Assembly: GCA_965202805.1 (NCBI GenBank)
Contig: OZ241869.1
Location: 608,001 to 672,000 of the forward strand
Source of the DNA: Longimicrobiales bacterium
GTDB lineage: Bacteria; Gemmatimonadota; Gemmatimonadetes; Longimicrobiales; Gaopeijiaceae
Direction: 5' to 3'
DNA length: 64,000 bases
In this document: positions 47,301 to 55,103 of the stretch, piece after piece
Layout: every line of letters starts with the position of its first letter
How positions within the stretch are numbered: the stretch's first letter is position 1
Position numbers and translations under genes: made by a program
Notes under the pieces: model-generated
Database searches by the model: none
What the model was told of the DNA's origin: nothing
Seen by the model: only the letters and a program-made list of their open reading frames with translations

Positions 47301-50300
47301 CGCCTGGATGGTGGATCACCTGGTGTATGAACGCGTGGTCGCTCCCGGGGGACTCTATGGCGCGATGGCCGTTTGTGTGTCACTGGCCAACGGGAACGGT
47401 CCGGCGATCGTGGAAGACATGCAGATGCACAACGCCCTTGTTTTCGAGGAAGAAGACGCCGATGACGGGGCGGACGACGCTGGCCGAAAACTGCAGTTCG
47501 TTCTGGACGGCCCCGGTGACGCCCTGGCGCGTCGTTTCGAAATCTTCAGCAAAGGGGAAACGGAGGAGAGTTGGACCCTCCACGCCGGAGGAAAACTCTT
47601 CTCGGGCGCGCCGAACCTCGAAGAAGGCGACTCCCTGGATCTGGATGAACTAAAGGCCAGACTGGTGCCCCGGGATACGGCGAAGTTCTACCGGATGCGT
47701 TCCGCCGACGACATTTATCTCGGTCCCTCCTATCATACGGTCAAGGCCGTCTGGGCCAGGGAGGGCGAGGCCCTGGGCGAACTCGTCCTCAAGGAATCCG
47801 TGGATGCGAACGGCATGGAAATGCATCCCCTTCTCCTGGATGGCTGTTTCCAGGTCTTTTCGATGTCGCGCTATCTCACTGGAGTCGAGCACGTTGAAGT
47901 CTACATGCCTTTCGGATGGGAACGCCTGTGGGTGTCGGGCCCAATGCCGGAGCGGATAATCTGCCACGCCGTTTTGAGGAATCCCGCATCGGAAAACGTG
48001 GCAAACACGACATCGAACGCGCCGCCCGAAGTCGTGACCGGAGACGTTCGGTTCTATTCGACGGACGGCGCCCCGATTGGCGGCTTACTCGGCTATACTG
48101 TCAAGCGGGCGACTCGAACCGCACTTCTCTCCGCCAAAGAGGGCCTCAAGGATCTGCTCTACGAGGTTGACTGGCGGGAGAAGCCCCTGAGCAGGGGCAT
48201 GCCTCCTACGGATTTTCTGGCTGACCCCGCAGCGGTTGCGAGTCGGTCGCGGTCATTCGCCGACTACCTGGCGGATGAAGGCGTCGAAGCCCCGGAGAGG
48301 AGCGCTTTCCTGAGAGACCTCGAGCGGTTGTCCCGGGCATACGCCCTTGCGGCGCTTGAACGACTGGGGTGGGAGCGCAATGCGGGAGCAACGATCAAGC
48401 CGGAAGGTCTTCGCCGTGAGCTCAAAATCGTTGACGAACACCAACGCCTGTTCGGTCGGCTTCTCCACATGCTGTCCGATGCTGGTGTCCTGGCTCCTGT
48501 TGACGAGGAATTCGTGGTCGAAGCCGGAGCGGGGGAACCGCTCCCGGACGAGTCCTTTGCGAACCCTGGAACCTTCGTCGAGCAACTCGCCGGTCGGCAT
48601 CCTCACGGGGCCAGCGAACTCGGTCTTCTGCGCCGATGCGGTTCGGCTCTTGCAGAAGTATTGCAGGGCCGCGCCGACCCTCTGCCCTTGCTGTTCAGCG
48701 AAGAGGGGCCTGGTGCTGCGGATTTATACCGGAAGGCCCCTGCGTCACGGGCCGCGAATCGAATGCTGGGAGATGCGGTGGCGGCCGCCGTGTCCGCTCT
48801 TCCCGCGGATCGGCGGCTGCGGGTGCTCGAAGTCGGCGCGGGAACCGGGTCGGCGACGGCGGCTATCCTCCCGCTCCTGCCTGACGGGCGGTTCGAGTAT
48901 ACCTTCACGGATATCTCGGCAGGCTTCTTTGCCCAGGCCGAAGAGCATTTCGAGATAACCGGCGCATCCATCGAATACCAACCCCTTGACATCGAAGCCG
49001 ACCCCGTATCCCAGGGCTTCGATTCACACGGCTACGACCTCGTGATTGCCGCGAACGTGCTCCACGCCACACGCGACCTTGGAGAGACGCTCGTTCACTG
49101 CCGGGACCTCCTGGCTCCATCCGGCCAGTTGATAGCCCTGGAAGGACTGCAGCGCCGGGCCTGGCAGGATCTGACATTCGGACTCCTGGACGGGTGGTGG
49201 CGCTTCGATGATGCCTACCGGCCCGACCATGCCCTGGCAGACCCGGTCGTATGGCATCGCGCCCTGAGCGACGCCGGTTTCTCCGATGTCGAGTTTCTCG
49301 GACCCGCGAATGCCGATTCCGGCGAAATTCTGGGTTCGAGCGCAATAATCGCCCGCGGACCGGAGGAAGTCGACCCCGCCCCAGGGGTTTGGGTTATCGC
49401 GTCTGACGAGGACGGAACGGCGGCGAAGCTGGCGGTTGATCTCGCCTTACGAAATCAAATCGTGTTCATCGCCGGTGGAGAGCGAGAGTATCACGAGGTA
49501 CCGGATGAAGGCGCAGGCGTTACTACGGCGACTTTGGACCCGAAGCAGCGAGAATCCTGGCGCTCCCTCCTGGAGGGATTGCCCGGGGATGCGCCGCTTA
49601 AGGGGGTAGTGCACCTCATGGCGCTTGATGGGCACGGTGCGGCGGCGACCACTCAGGAAATGGAGGAGGATGTAACACGGGCCGCGTCCACTGCTTTGGC
49701 CCTTGTGCAGGGCATGAGCGATGTCGGCGCGACTCCAGCCGACGGCGTCTGGTTCATTACCCGGGGCGCGCAAGTCCTGGATCAGGATTACCTTTCCCGA
49801 GTATCCGGGGAACTTGCCGGCGCGACCTTGTGGGGCCTCGGAAAGGTCTTGGCTCTGGAAGCAGCCCACTTGCAGCCGAGATTGATCGACCTGGATCCTG
49901 CTCCGGGGGAGACGGCAACATCCAGCCTCATCGATGAACTCCTGTCTCCCGACCCTGAGACCCACATCGCCTATCGGGGAGGCTCCCGCCATGCCGCCCG
50001 CCTGATTCGCTGCGGCGCTGACGACACAAGGTTCGCCTTACCGGAAGACGCGGAGTGGTGCATCGGCTCTGACGACCCGGAAGCCGGATTGGCGGCGCTC
50101 CGGGCGAAGCCTCGGCCCGGAAGCGCTCTCGAACCCGGCGAGGTCCGAGTCGCCGTGGAAGCGGTGGGGCTCAACTTCGCCGACATGCTCAAGAGCATGG
50201 GAGCAGTTCCGTACGACCGGGAAATAGGCCGCGAGATGTACGGACGAGTGCTGGAAACAGCCCAGGATGTCGAAGGCCTTTCGGTCGGCGACCAGGTCGT

Positions 50301-53300
50301 CGGGATCGGGTTCGGCTCATTCTCACCCGAGATCGTCACCCGGGCGGTCATGACGGTTCCCGTTCCCGCCGGGTTCTCCCCGCCCGCCCTCGCCACCGTA
50401 CCCATCTGCTTCGTTACTGCCGAACTTGCTTTCGAGCTTGCAGGGCTCAAGAGCGGCGAGCGGGTGCTCATCCACGCCGGGGCCGGGGGAGTCGGCCTTG
50501 CCGCCATCCAGTTGGCCCACGCCGCTGGTGCGGAGGTGTTCGCAACCGCCAGCCTGCCCAAACAGAAGTTTCTCCGTTCTATGGGGGTGGAGCATGTGTA
50601 CGACAGCCGCACGACGGCGTTTGGGCAGGAGGTCCTCGAGGCCACGGGCGGCGAGGGTGTTCACGTGCTGCTGAACAGCCTCACCGGAGAGGGATTCATT
50701 GAGGCGAGCCTGTCTTGTCTCGGCACGGGCGGCCGCTTTGTGGAGATTTCGAAGCGGAGTATCCGGGGCGAGGAAGAAATGGCGACGTCACGTCCGGACG
50801 TCGCATATTCCATCCTGGATCTGGATGCCCTGAACTCGGATGACCCGGCACGTACCGGTGCTTCCCTTTCCCGGGTCATGGCGCGCCTCTCGGCAGGCGA
50901 ATTGACTCCTCTGCCCCATACCGTCTGGCCCCTTTCCGAGATCCGATCAGCGATGGAGGCAATGCGTGACGCCCGGCACATCGGCAAAAACGTATTCAGG
51001 ATGCCGTCCCTCGTCAGAAGCAATCTCCGAGAAGACCGCACGTACCTGGTAACCGGGGGCATGGGCGGGATCGGTTGCGCGGTCGCCCGCTGGCTGGCCG
51101 AAAACGGCGCGGGCACAATCGTCCTGAACGGCCGCCGGGACCCCGACCTCGCCACCGAAGAGGTGATCCGGGAGTTGCGGGAAAGCGGCGTTGACGTCCG
51201 GGTGGAAGTGGCCGACGTTACGGACCTCGCAGCCGTTGACGACATGCTCGCCCGAATCGATGAAGACTTGCCAACATTGGGCGGCGTCATACATAGCGTG
51301 GGCGTCCTCTCCGACGGCGTCATCGAGAACCAGACCTGGGAGCGGTTCGAGCAGGTCATGTGGCCCAAAGTGCTTGGAGCGTGGCATCTCCACCAGGCCA
51401 CCAGAACCAAAGACCTGGACATGTTTATCCTGTTTTCCAGTGTAACCGGCGTTGTGGGAAACTCGGGCCAGTCGAATCACGCCGCCGCCAACGCCTTCCT
51501 GGATCAACTCGCCGCCCACCGGCGCACCCTGGGCCTCCCCGGCCAGGCCATCGCCTGGGGCGCGTGGTCGGGTATCGGGGAAGCGGAGGAGCAAAGGAAG
51601 CGGATTGAGCGTCAACTGACATATGCCGGCGCGGGATGGCTTACGCCCCAGCAAGGCATGGAAGCCTTTGACTGGCTGGTCAGACAGGACGTTACCGCGC
51701 CCACCGTCACCATGGTGAACTGGTCCGTAGTCGCAAGAGGACTTGAAACTCATCCTCCATTCTTCGAAGACATCCTGGTCGCGACGAAGCCTGAAGACCG
51801 TGAGTCCGAAGACTCCGCCCCTTCCGCCAGCCTGTTGTCCCGGCTTCGGGATACTCCGGCTGCAGAGCAACAAAATCTCCTGGAGTCCTTCATACAGCAG
51901 GAGTTGCAGGCGGTGCTCCGGCTGTCTTCACCCCCATCAACGACGGTCAGCTTCTTCGATATGGGAATGGACTCCCTGATGGCCGTGGAGTTGCGGAACC
52001 GGCTGAACCGCGCTTTCGACGACGAGTATACGGCTTCGAATACAGTAGTGTTCGACTTTCCGGACATCACTGCTCTCGCGCGTCATCTGGCAGCCGAAAT
52101 CGGCGGGATCGGCGCCACGGCCGCGACCTTGAAGCCGCCGACCCTGAAACGGCAAAAACCCAGGCGCCGCGAGCATGATGGCGATGACATAGCAATCGTG
52201 GGCATGGCGTGCCGTTTCCCCGGCGCACCCGATCTGGCGGCTTTCTGGCGCCAGCTCGAAGCTGGAGAATCCGCAGTCATGGACGGGCGTCGGGACGCGG
52301 GTCCATGGAACGGGGCTCTCGGAGACCCCGGTGCCGAAGCACCCGTGCACCGCATCGGCGGTTTCGTTGACGGCCTGGATCTGTTCGACGCGGGGTTCTT
52401 CGACATTCTCCCCATTGAGGCGCGGACCATGGATCCGCAGCAGCGATTGCTGCTGGAAACCAGTTGGCAGGCGCTTGAGGATGCGGGCATGGACCCCGCC
52501 CGTCTCAAGGGCAGCCGCAGCGGCGTTTACTTTGGAATCGCCAACAGCGAGTACGGGCAACTGCTGAAAGACGACGTGCATGACGACTATTTCGGTAATT
52601 CAATGGGCGTGGCGGTGGGCCGGGTTTCGTTCATATACGGTATGGAGGGGCCGGCGATGCCGGTGGAACTCGCCTGCGCGTCTTCGCTGGTTTCGATACA
52701 TCATGCCGTCGTGAGTTTGCAGCGCGGCGAGACGGATATGGCCCTCGCGGGCGGCGTGAACGTCATACTCTCGGCGGAAAGCACCACCAGGATGGCGGAT
52801 TTCGGAATGTTGTCGCGCTCAGGCAGATGCTGGTCGTTCGATGCGGCCGCGGACGGTTACGTGCGCGGCGAGGGTTGCGGGGTGATCGTCTTGAAGCGGC
52901 TGACAGACGCGGAAGAGAATGGCGACAGAATCTGGGGGGTCATTCGCGGGTCGGCGACGAATCAAAACGGTGCGAGCGGGGATTTGGTGATGCCAAGCGG
53001 ACCAGCGCAGCGGCGGGTCATTGAAGAGGCGTTGACGCAGTCGAATCTGAAACCCTCGCAAGTCGATTATCTCGAAGCGCATGCGAACGGATCGGAAATG
53101 GGCGATGCGATAGAGGTTCAGGCGGCGGCGGCGGTATATGGAAACGGGCGCGAGCCGTGTCGTCCGCTACTTCTCGGCACCGTCAAGACGAACATCGGCC
53201 ATCTGGAATCGGCGGCGGGGGTCGCCGGCCTGATCAAGGTAATGCTCTCGATAAAGCACGGGATGATTCCCAAACACCTTAATTTCGAGAACCCGAATCC

Positions 53301-54738
53301 GAACATGGCCTGGGACGAGTTGCCGGTACGGGTGACGTCGAAGGCGGCGGACTGGCCCCTTGCTCCGGATAGCCCGCCCCGGGCGGGCATAAGCGCATTC
53401 TCCATGACGGGGACAAACGCACACCTCATTGTTGAGGGATATGGCGCGCGCGTCGAGGACTCTGCTCGAAATGCCGAGTGGTCTTGTCCTTCAGGTTCCG
53501 CGCAACCTGTCGCCGTCTCGTTGTCGGAGGAGATTCCCGAGTCACCGACGGCGGAGGGGTTGCGCCCCCGCCGGACGCGTATGTTGCCACTCTCGGGTAA
53601 ATCGGACGAAGCGCTTCGTGAACTGGCGGGACGATATCTTTCCTGGTTGGATGAGAACGCCGGGGAGCTTTCCGCCGAAGATGATGCGCAATCCCTCTTG
53701 TCGGACATGGCGTGGACGGCGGCTGAGGGGCGGAGCCATTTCGCGCACCGCGCAGGCGTCGTATTCGAGGATGCCGCGTCGCTGCGGGAAGGGTTGAGGG
53801 CGCTCGCGGAGTCGGAAGAGGGAGCAAAGCCACAGGCGCCGGTGAGGGTGGCATTCGCCTACGCCGGAGAGGAGGGCCACCGGGTCGGCATGGGCGAGGA
53901 ACTCTACGAGTGCGAGCCGGTGGCGCGGGCGGTTCTGGATCGCTGTGACGAGGTGCTCCGGGTGCAGCGCGGCGCTTCGCTGCTGGACGTGATGTTCGGC
54001 CGTATCGGAGAGTTGAGCAACCCGACGTGGTCGCAGCCAGCGGTCTTTGCGCTCGAGTGCGCGCTCACGTCGCTTTGGGCGAGTATCGGGATTCGGCCGA
54101 ACCTGGTGTTCGGCGCAGGCTCGGGAGAGATAGCGGCGGCGCATGCGGCGGGCGTGTTCACTCTGGAGGAAGGTTTGTGCTTTGCAGCCAGACGCGGCGC
54201 GCTCATGGAGGCAATCTCCGATGCCGATGGAGCCGGGAAGGCGCTGGACGATCTGGAAACAGCGCTCGAGGGCGTCGTGACGGCGTTACCCTCGCTCACG
54301 ATAGTGAACCAGCGGACGGGCCTGGTCCTCGGGGCGGGTGAGACCATGGACGCGGCCTACTGGCGTCGTCAGGCGAGCGAGCCGGCGGTGCCGGGCGAAT
54401 GCGTGAGGACGCTAGCGGAATTGGGGGTGGAGGCCATTGTGGAGATCGGGCCGGATGCAGTGATCGGCCCGCAGGCGCTCTCGGTCTGGCCGGAACCGGC
54501 AGGCGACGCGGGGGCGAGCGCAGACGGTGCCGGGCCGCCTGTCGTGTTGACAAGCCTGAAACATCCCACGGGGGATGCGCCGCAGAGTGGACGCGCGTTC
54601 ATCGAGGCGGTGGCGCGGGCGTATGAGGCGGGGTTCACGCTCGACTTCGCCGGGCTGTTCGCCGGAGAGGACAGGCGCCGGATTTCACTGCCGGGCTATC
54701 CATTCCAACACCGGCACTTCTGGTTTGAGGCACTTTAA
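44338..54738 (+). CDS. supA: Type I PKS, SupA-like (KS-AT-DH-MT-ER-KR-ACP-KS-AT0)
   Basis: DTACSSS/HGTGT/NIGH, GHSLGE, HPLL..DH, EVGAGTG, HAGAGGVG, TGGMGGIG, GMDSL, second KS ELACASS, degenerate second AT; supA assignment from domain order. Confidence 0.85.
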   Translation: MSADGHSRSSEKTQTGAPEGFLPGEPIAIVGMACRFPGSERLSDFWQQLITGENLVVEGPPGSVVGRAGRLFPDSDAKNDAVRFGAFVEDIDLFDAEFFRMSPIEAQMLDPQQRMMLETSWKALEDAAIDPESLKGSRTGVYAGISNNDYRNMVINAPETVEPAGGLYAVTGTALNTAIGRVSFAFGLEGPSMAIDTACSSSLVAIHQAVGGLQRRETDLALAGGVHIFLAGRPLELRANAGMLSPEGQCKTFDASADGFVCGEGCGLLALKRLSEAQADGDRIWAVIRGSSVNQDGASQGLTVPSGHSQERAMEEALARAGASPSEIDYLEAHGTGTVVGDPIEVTAAAAVYGHGRGAEHPLLIGSVKTNIGHLGPAAGVAGLIKTVLSMKHGVIPRHLNFKNPNPRLDWDNLPVRVTDVMMDWPRHPGKPLLAGVNSFGWSGTNVHMVVEGYGEPEADAAFARMSSPVGASLPVAISPRFEEKPGGRETRFLPVSAKSRQALRDTASRYLSWLDERVEELSPESTAADPTLSDMAWTVAIGRSHFTHRAGIVFSDLAGLREKLEALAEGEGPEDGPAQQAKRVAFVFTGQASQWVGMGRALYEREPVFRSVLDRCDQLLLEERGVSLLDVMFGRGGTDGLLDEAAWTQPAIYSLECALVALWESVGVKPNALVGHSLGEIAAAQAAGVFTLEEGLRCAAVRGALMGATRSDGAMAAVFAPASRVASIVTEHNAASDDLGLSIAADNGLQQVVSGPAKDIEALQDIFEAEGIKVARLRRSPAYHSALVEPALDDLESAVRGIAPAPPPPSVPLVSNITGHLLDENARMDAAYWRRHAREPVAFRQCVETLAELGVDVVVEIGPHAVLGPLVSMTWPESAPAGGPVVLHSLQRPPRDAEESEAATSDGFVEATAGAYEAGLELDFVGLFAGETRRRISLPGYPFQRARHWVRTSKPRRQAAGHPLLGARHESPRGEMTYETVVFRTDPAWMVDHLVYERVVAPGGLYGAMAVCVSLANGNGPAIVEDMQMHNALVFEEEDADDGADDAGRKLQFVLDGPGDALARRFEIFSKGETEESWTLHAGGKLFSGAPNLEEGDSLDLDELKARLVPRDTAKFYRMRSADDIYLGPSYHTVKAVWAREGEALGELVLKESVDANGMEMHPLLLDGCFQVFSMSRYLTGVEHVEVYMPFGWERLWVSGPMPERIICHAVLRNPASENVANTTSNAPPEVVTGDVRFYSTDGAPIGGLLGYTVKRATRTALLSAKEGLKDLLYEVDWREKPLSRGMPPTDFLADPAAVASRSRSFADYLADEGVEAPERSAFLRDLERLSRAYALAALERLGWERNAGATIKPEGLRRELKIVDEHQRLFGRLLHMLSDAGVLAPVDEEFVVEAGAGEPLPDESFANPGTFVEQLAGRHPHGASELGLLRRCGSALAEVLQGRADPLPLLFSEEGPGAADLYRKAPASRAANRMLGDAVAAAVSALPADRRLRVLEVGAGTGSATAAILPLLPDGRFEYTFTDISAGFFAQAEEHFEITGASIEYQPLDIEADPVSQGFDSHGYDLVIAANVLHATRDLGETLVHCRDLLAPSGQLIALEGLQRRAWQDLTFGLLDGWWRFDDAYRPDHALADPVVWHRALSDAGFSDVEFLGPANADSGEILGSSAIIARGPEEVDPAPGVWVIASDEDGTAAKLAVDLALRNQIVFIAGGEREYHEVPDEGAGVTTATLDPKQRESWRSLLEGLPGDAPLKGVVHLMALDGHGAAATTQEMEEDVTRAASTALALVQGMSDVGATPADGVWFITRGAQVLDQDYLSRVSGELAGATLWGLGKVLALEAAHLQPRLIDLDPAPGETATSSLIDELLSPDPETHIAYRGGSRHAARLIRCGADDTRFALPEDAEWCIGSDDPEAGLAALRAKPRPGSALEPGEVRVAVEAVGLNFADMLKSMGAVPYDREIGREMYGRVLETAQDVEGLSVGDQVVGIGFGSFSPEIVTRAVMTVPVPAGFSPPALATVPICFVTAELAFELAGLKSGERVLIHAGAGGVGLAAIQLAHAAGAEVFATASLPKQKFLRSMGVEHVYDSRTTAFGQEVLEATGGEGVHVLLNSLTGEGFIEASLSCLGTGGRFVEISKRSIRGEEEMATSRPDVAYSILDLDALNSDDPARTGASLSRVMARLSAGELTPLPHTVWPLSEIRSAMEAMRDARHIGKNVFRMPSLVRSNLREDRTYLVTGGMGGIGCAVARWLAENGAGTIVLNGRRDPDLATEEVIRELRESGVDVRVEVADVTDLAAVDDMLARIDEDLPTLGGVIHSVGVLSDGVIENQTWERFEQVMWPKVLGAWHLHQATRTKDLDMFILFSSVTGVVGNSGQSNHAAANAFLDQLAAHRRTLGLPGQAIAWGAWSGIGEAEEQRKRIERQLTYAGAGWLTPQQGMEAFDWLVRQDVTAPTVTMVNWSVVARGLETHPPFFEDILVATKPEDRESEDSAPSASLLSRLRDTPAAEQQNLLESFIQQELQAVLRLSSPPSTTVSFFDMGMDSLMAVELRNRLNRAFDDEYTASNTVVFDFPDITALARHLAAEIGGIGATAATLKPPTLKRQKPRRREHDGDDIAIVGMACRFPGAPDLAAFWRQLEAGESAVMDGRRDAGPWNGALGDPGAEAPVHRIGGFVDGLDLFDAGFFDILPIEARTMDPQQRLLLETSWQALEDAGMDPARLKGSRSGVYFGIANSEYGQLLKDDVHDDYFGNSMGVAVGRVSFIYGMEGPAMPVELACASSLVSIHHAVVSLQRGETDMALAGGVNVILSAESTTRMADFGMLSRSGRCWSFDAAADGYVRGEGCGVIVLKRLTDAEENGDRIWGVIRGSATNQNGASGDLVMPSGPAQRRVIEEALTQSNLKPSQVDYLEAHANGSEMGDAIEVQAAAAVYGNGREPCRPLLLGTVKTNIGHLESAAGVAGLIKVMLSIKHGMIPKHLNFENPNPNMAWDELPVRVTSKAADWPLAPDSPPRAGISAFSMTGTNAHLIVEGYGARVEDSARNAEWSCPSGSAQPVAVSLSEEIPESPTAEGLRPRRTRMLPLSGKSDEALRELAGRYLSWLDENAGELSAEDDAQSLLSDMAWTAAEGRSHFAHRAGVVFEDAASLREGLRALAESEEGAKPQAPVRVAFAYAGEEGHRVGMGEELYECEPVARAVLDRCDEVLRVQRGASLLDVMFGRIGELSNPTWSQPAVFALECALTSLWASIGIRPNLVFGAGSGEIAAAHAAGVFTLEEGLCFAARRGALMEAISDADGAGKALDDLETALEGVVTALPSLTIVNQRTGLVLGAGETMDAAYWRRQASEPAVPGECVRTLAELGVEAIVEIGPDAVIGPQALSVWPEPAGDAGASADGAGPPVVLTSLKHPTGDAPQSGRAFIEAVARAYEAGFTLDFAGLFAGEDRRRISLPGYPFQHRHFWFEAL

Positions 54739-54742
54739 ACCA

Positions 54743-54771
54743 TTGACACTCACGCCTGTTGCTCTTAGGAT
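54743..54771 (+). promoter_or_regulatory. Sigma70-like promoter upstream of the ACP gene
   Basis: TTGACA-17 bp-TAGGAT. Confidence 0.55.
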
Positions 54772-54832
54772 CAAGCCACATTTCAATTGTTACTGGTAGC
54801 TTTCTGGTACCTTTTCAAAGGGAGACGCTGCG

Positions 54833-55054
54833 ATGGCAAGTGTTGAAGAACGTGTAGGAGTTCTCGTGGAGAAACATTTGAACATCTCGGATCGGGCGAT
54901 GCTGGATGCGGACTTCAGCGAACTCGGCGTGACATCGATGGCTGGCGTGAAGTTTTTCCAGACCGTCAACCAGGAATTCGGGGTCGATATTCCTCCCGAA
55001 GATGCCAGTGGTTTCCGCAGTTTCAGGGACTTGATCAACCATCTCGGTAGTTGA
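54833..55054 (+). CDS. Stand-alone acyl carrier protein (SupB-like)
   Basis: DADFSELGVTSM, QEFGVDIP; 73 aa; GGGAG RBS; directly after the PKS. Confidence 0.85.
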   Translation: MASVEERVGVLVEKHLNISDRAMLDADFSELGVTSMAGVKFFQTVNQEFGVDIPPEDASGFRSFRDLINHLGS

Positions 55055-55103
55055 AACCGGCACCGCTGGGTTCTGGCCGCCCTACCGGCGATCCGCATCT
55101 CAC

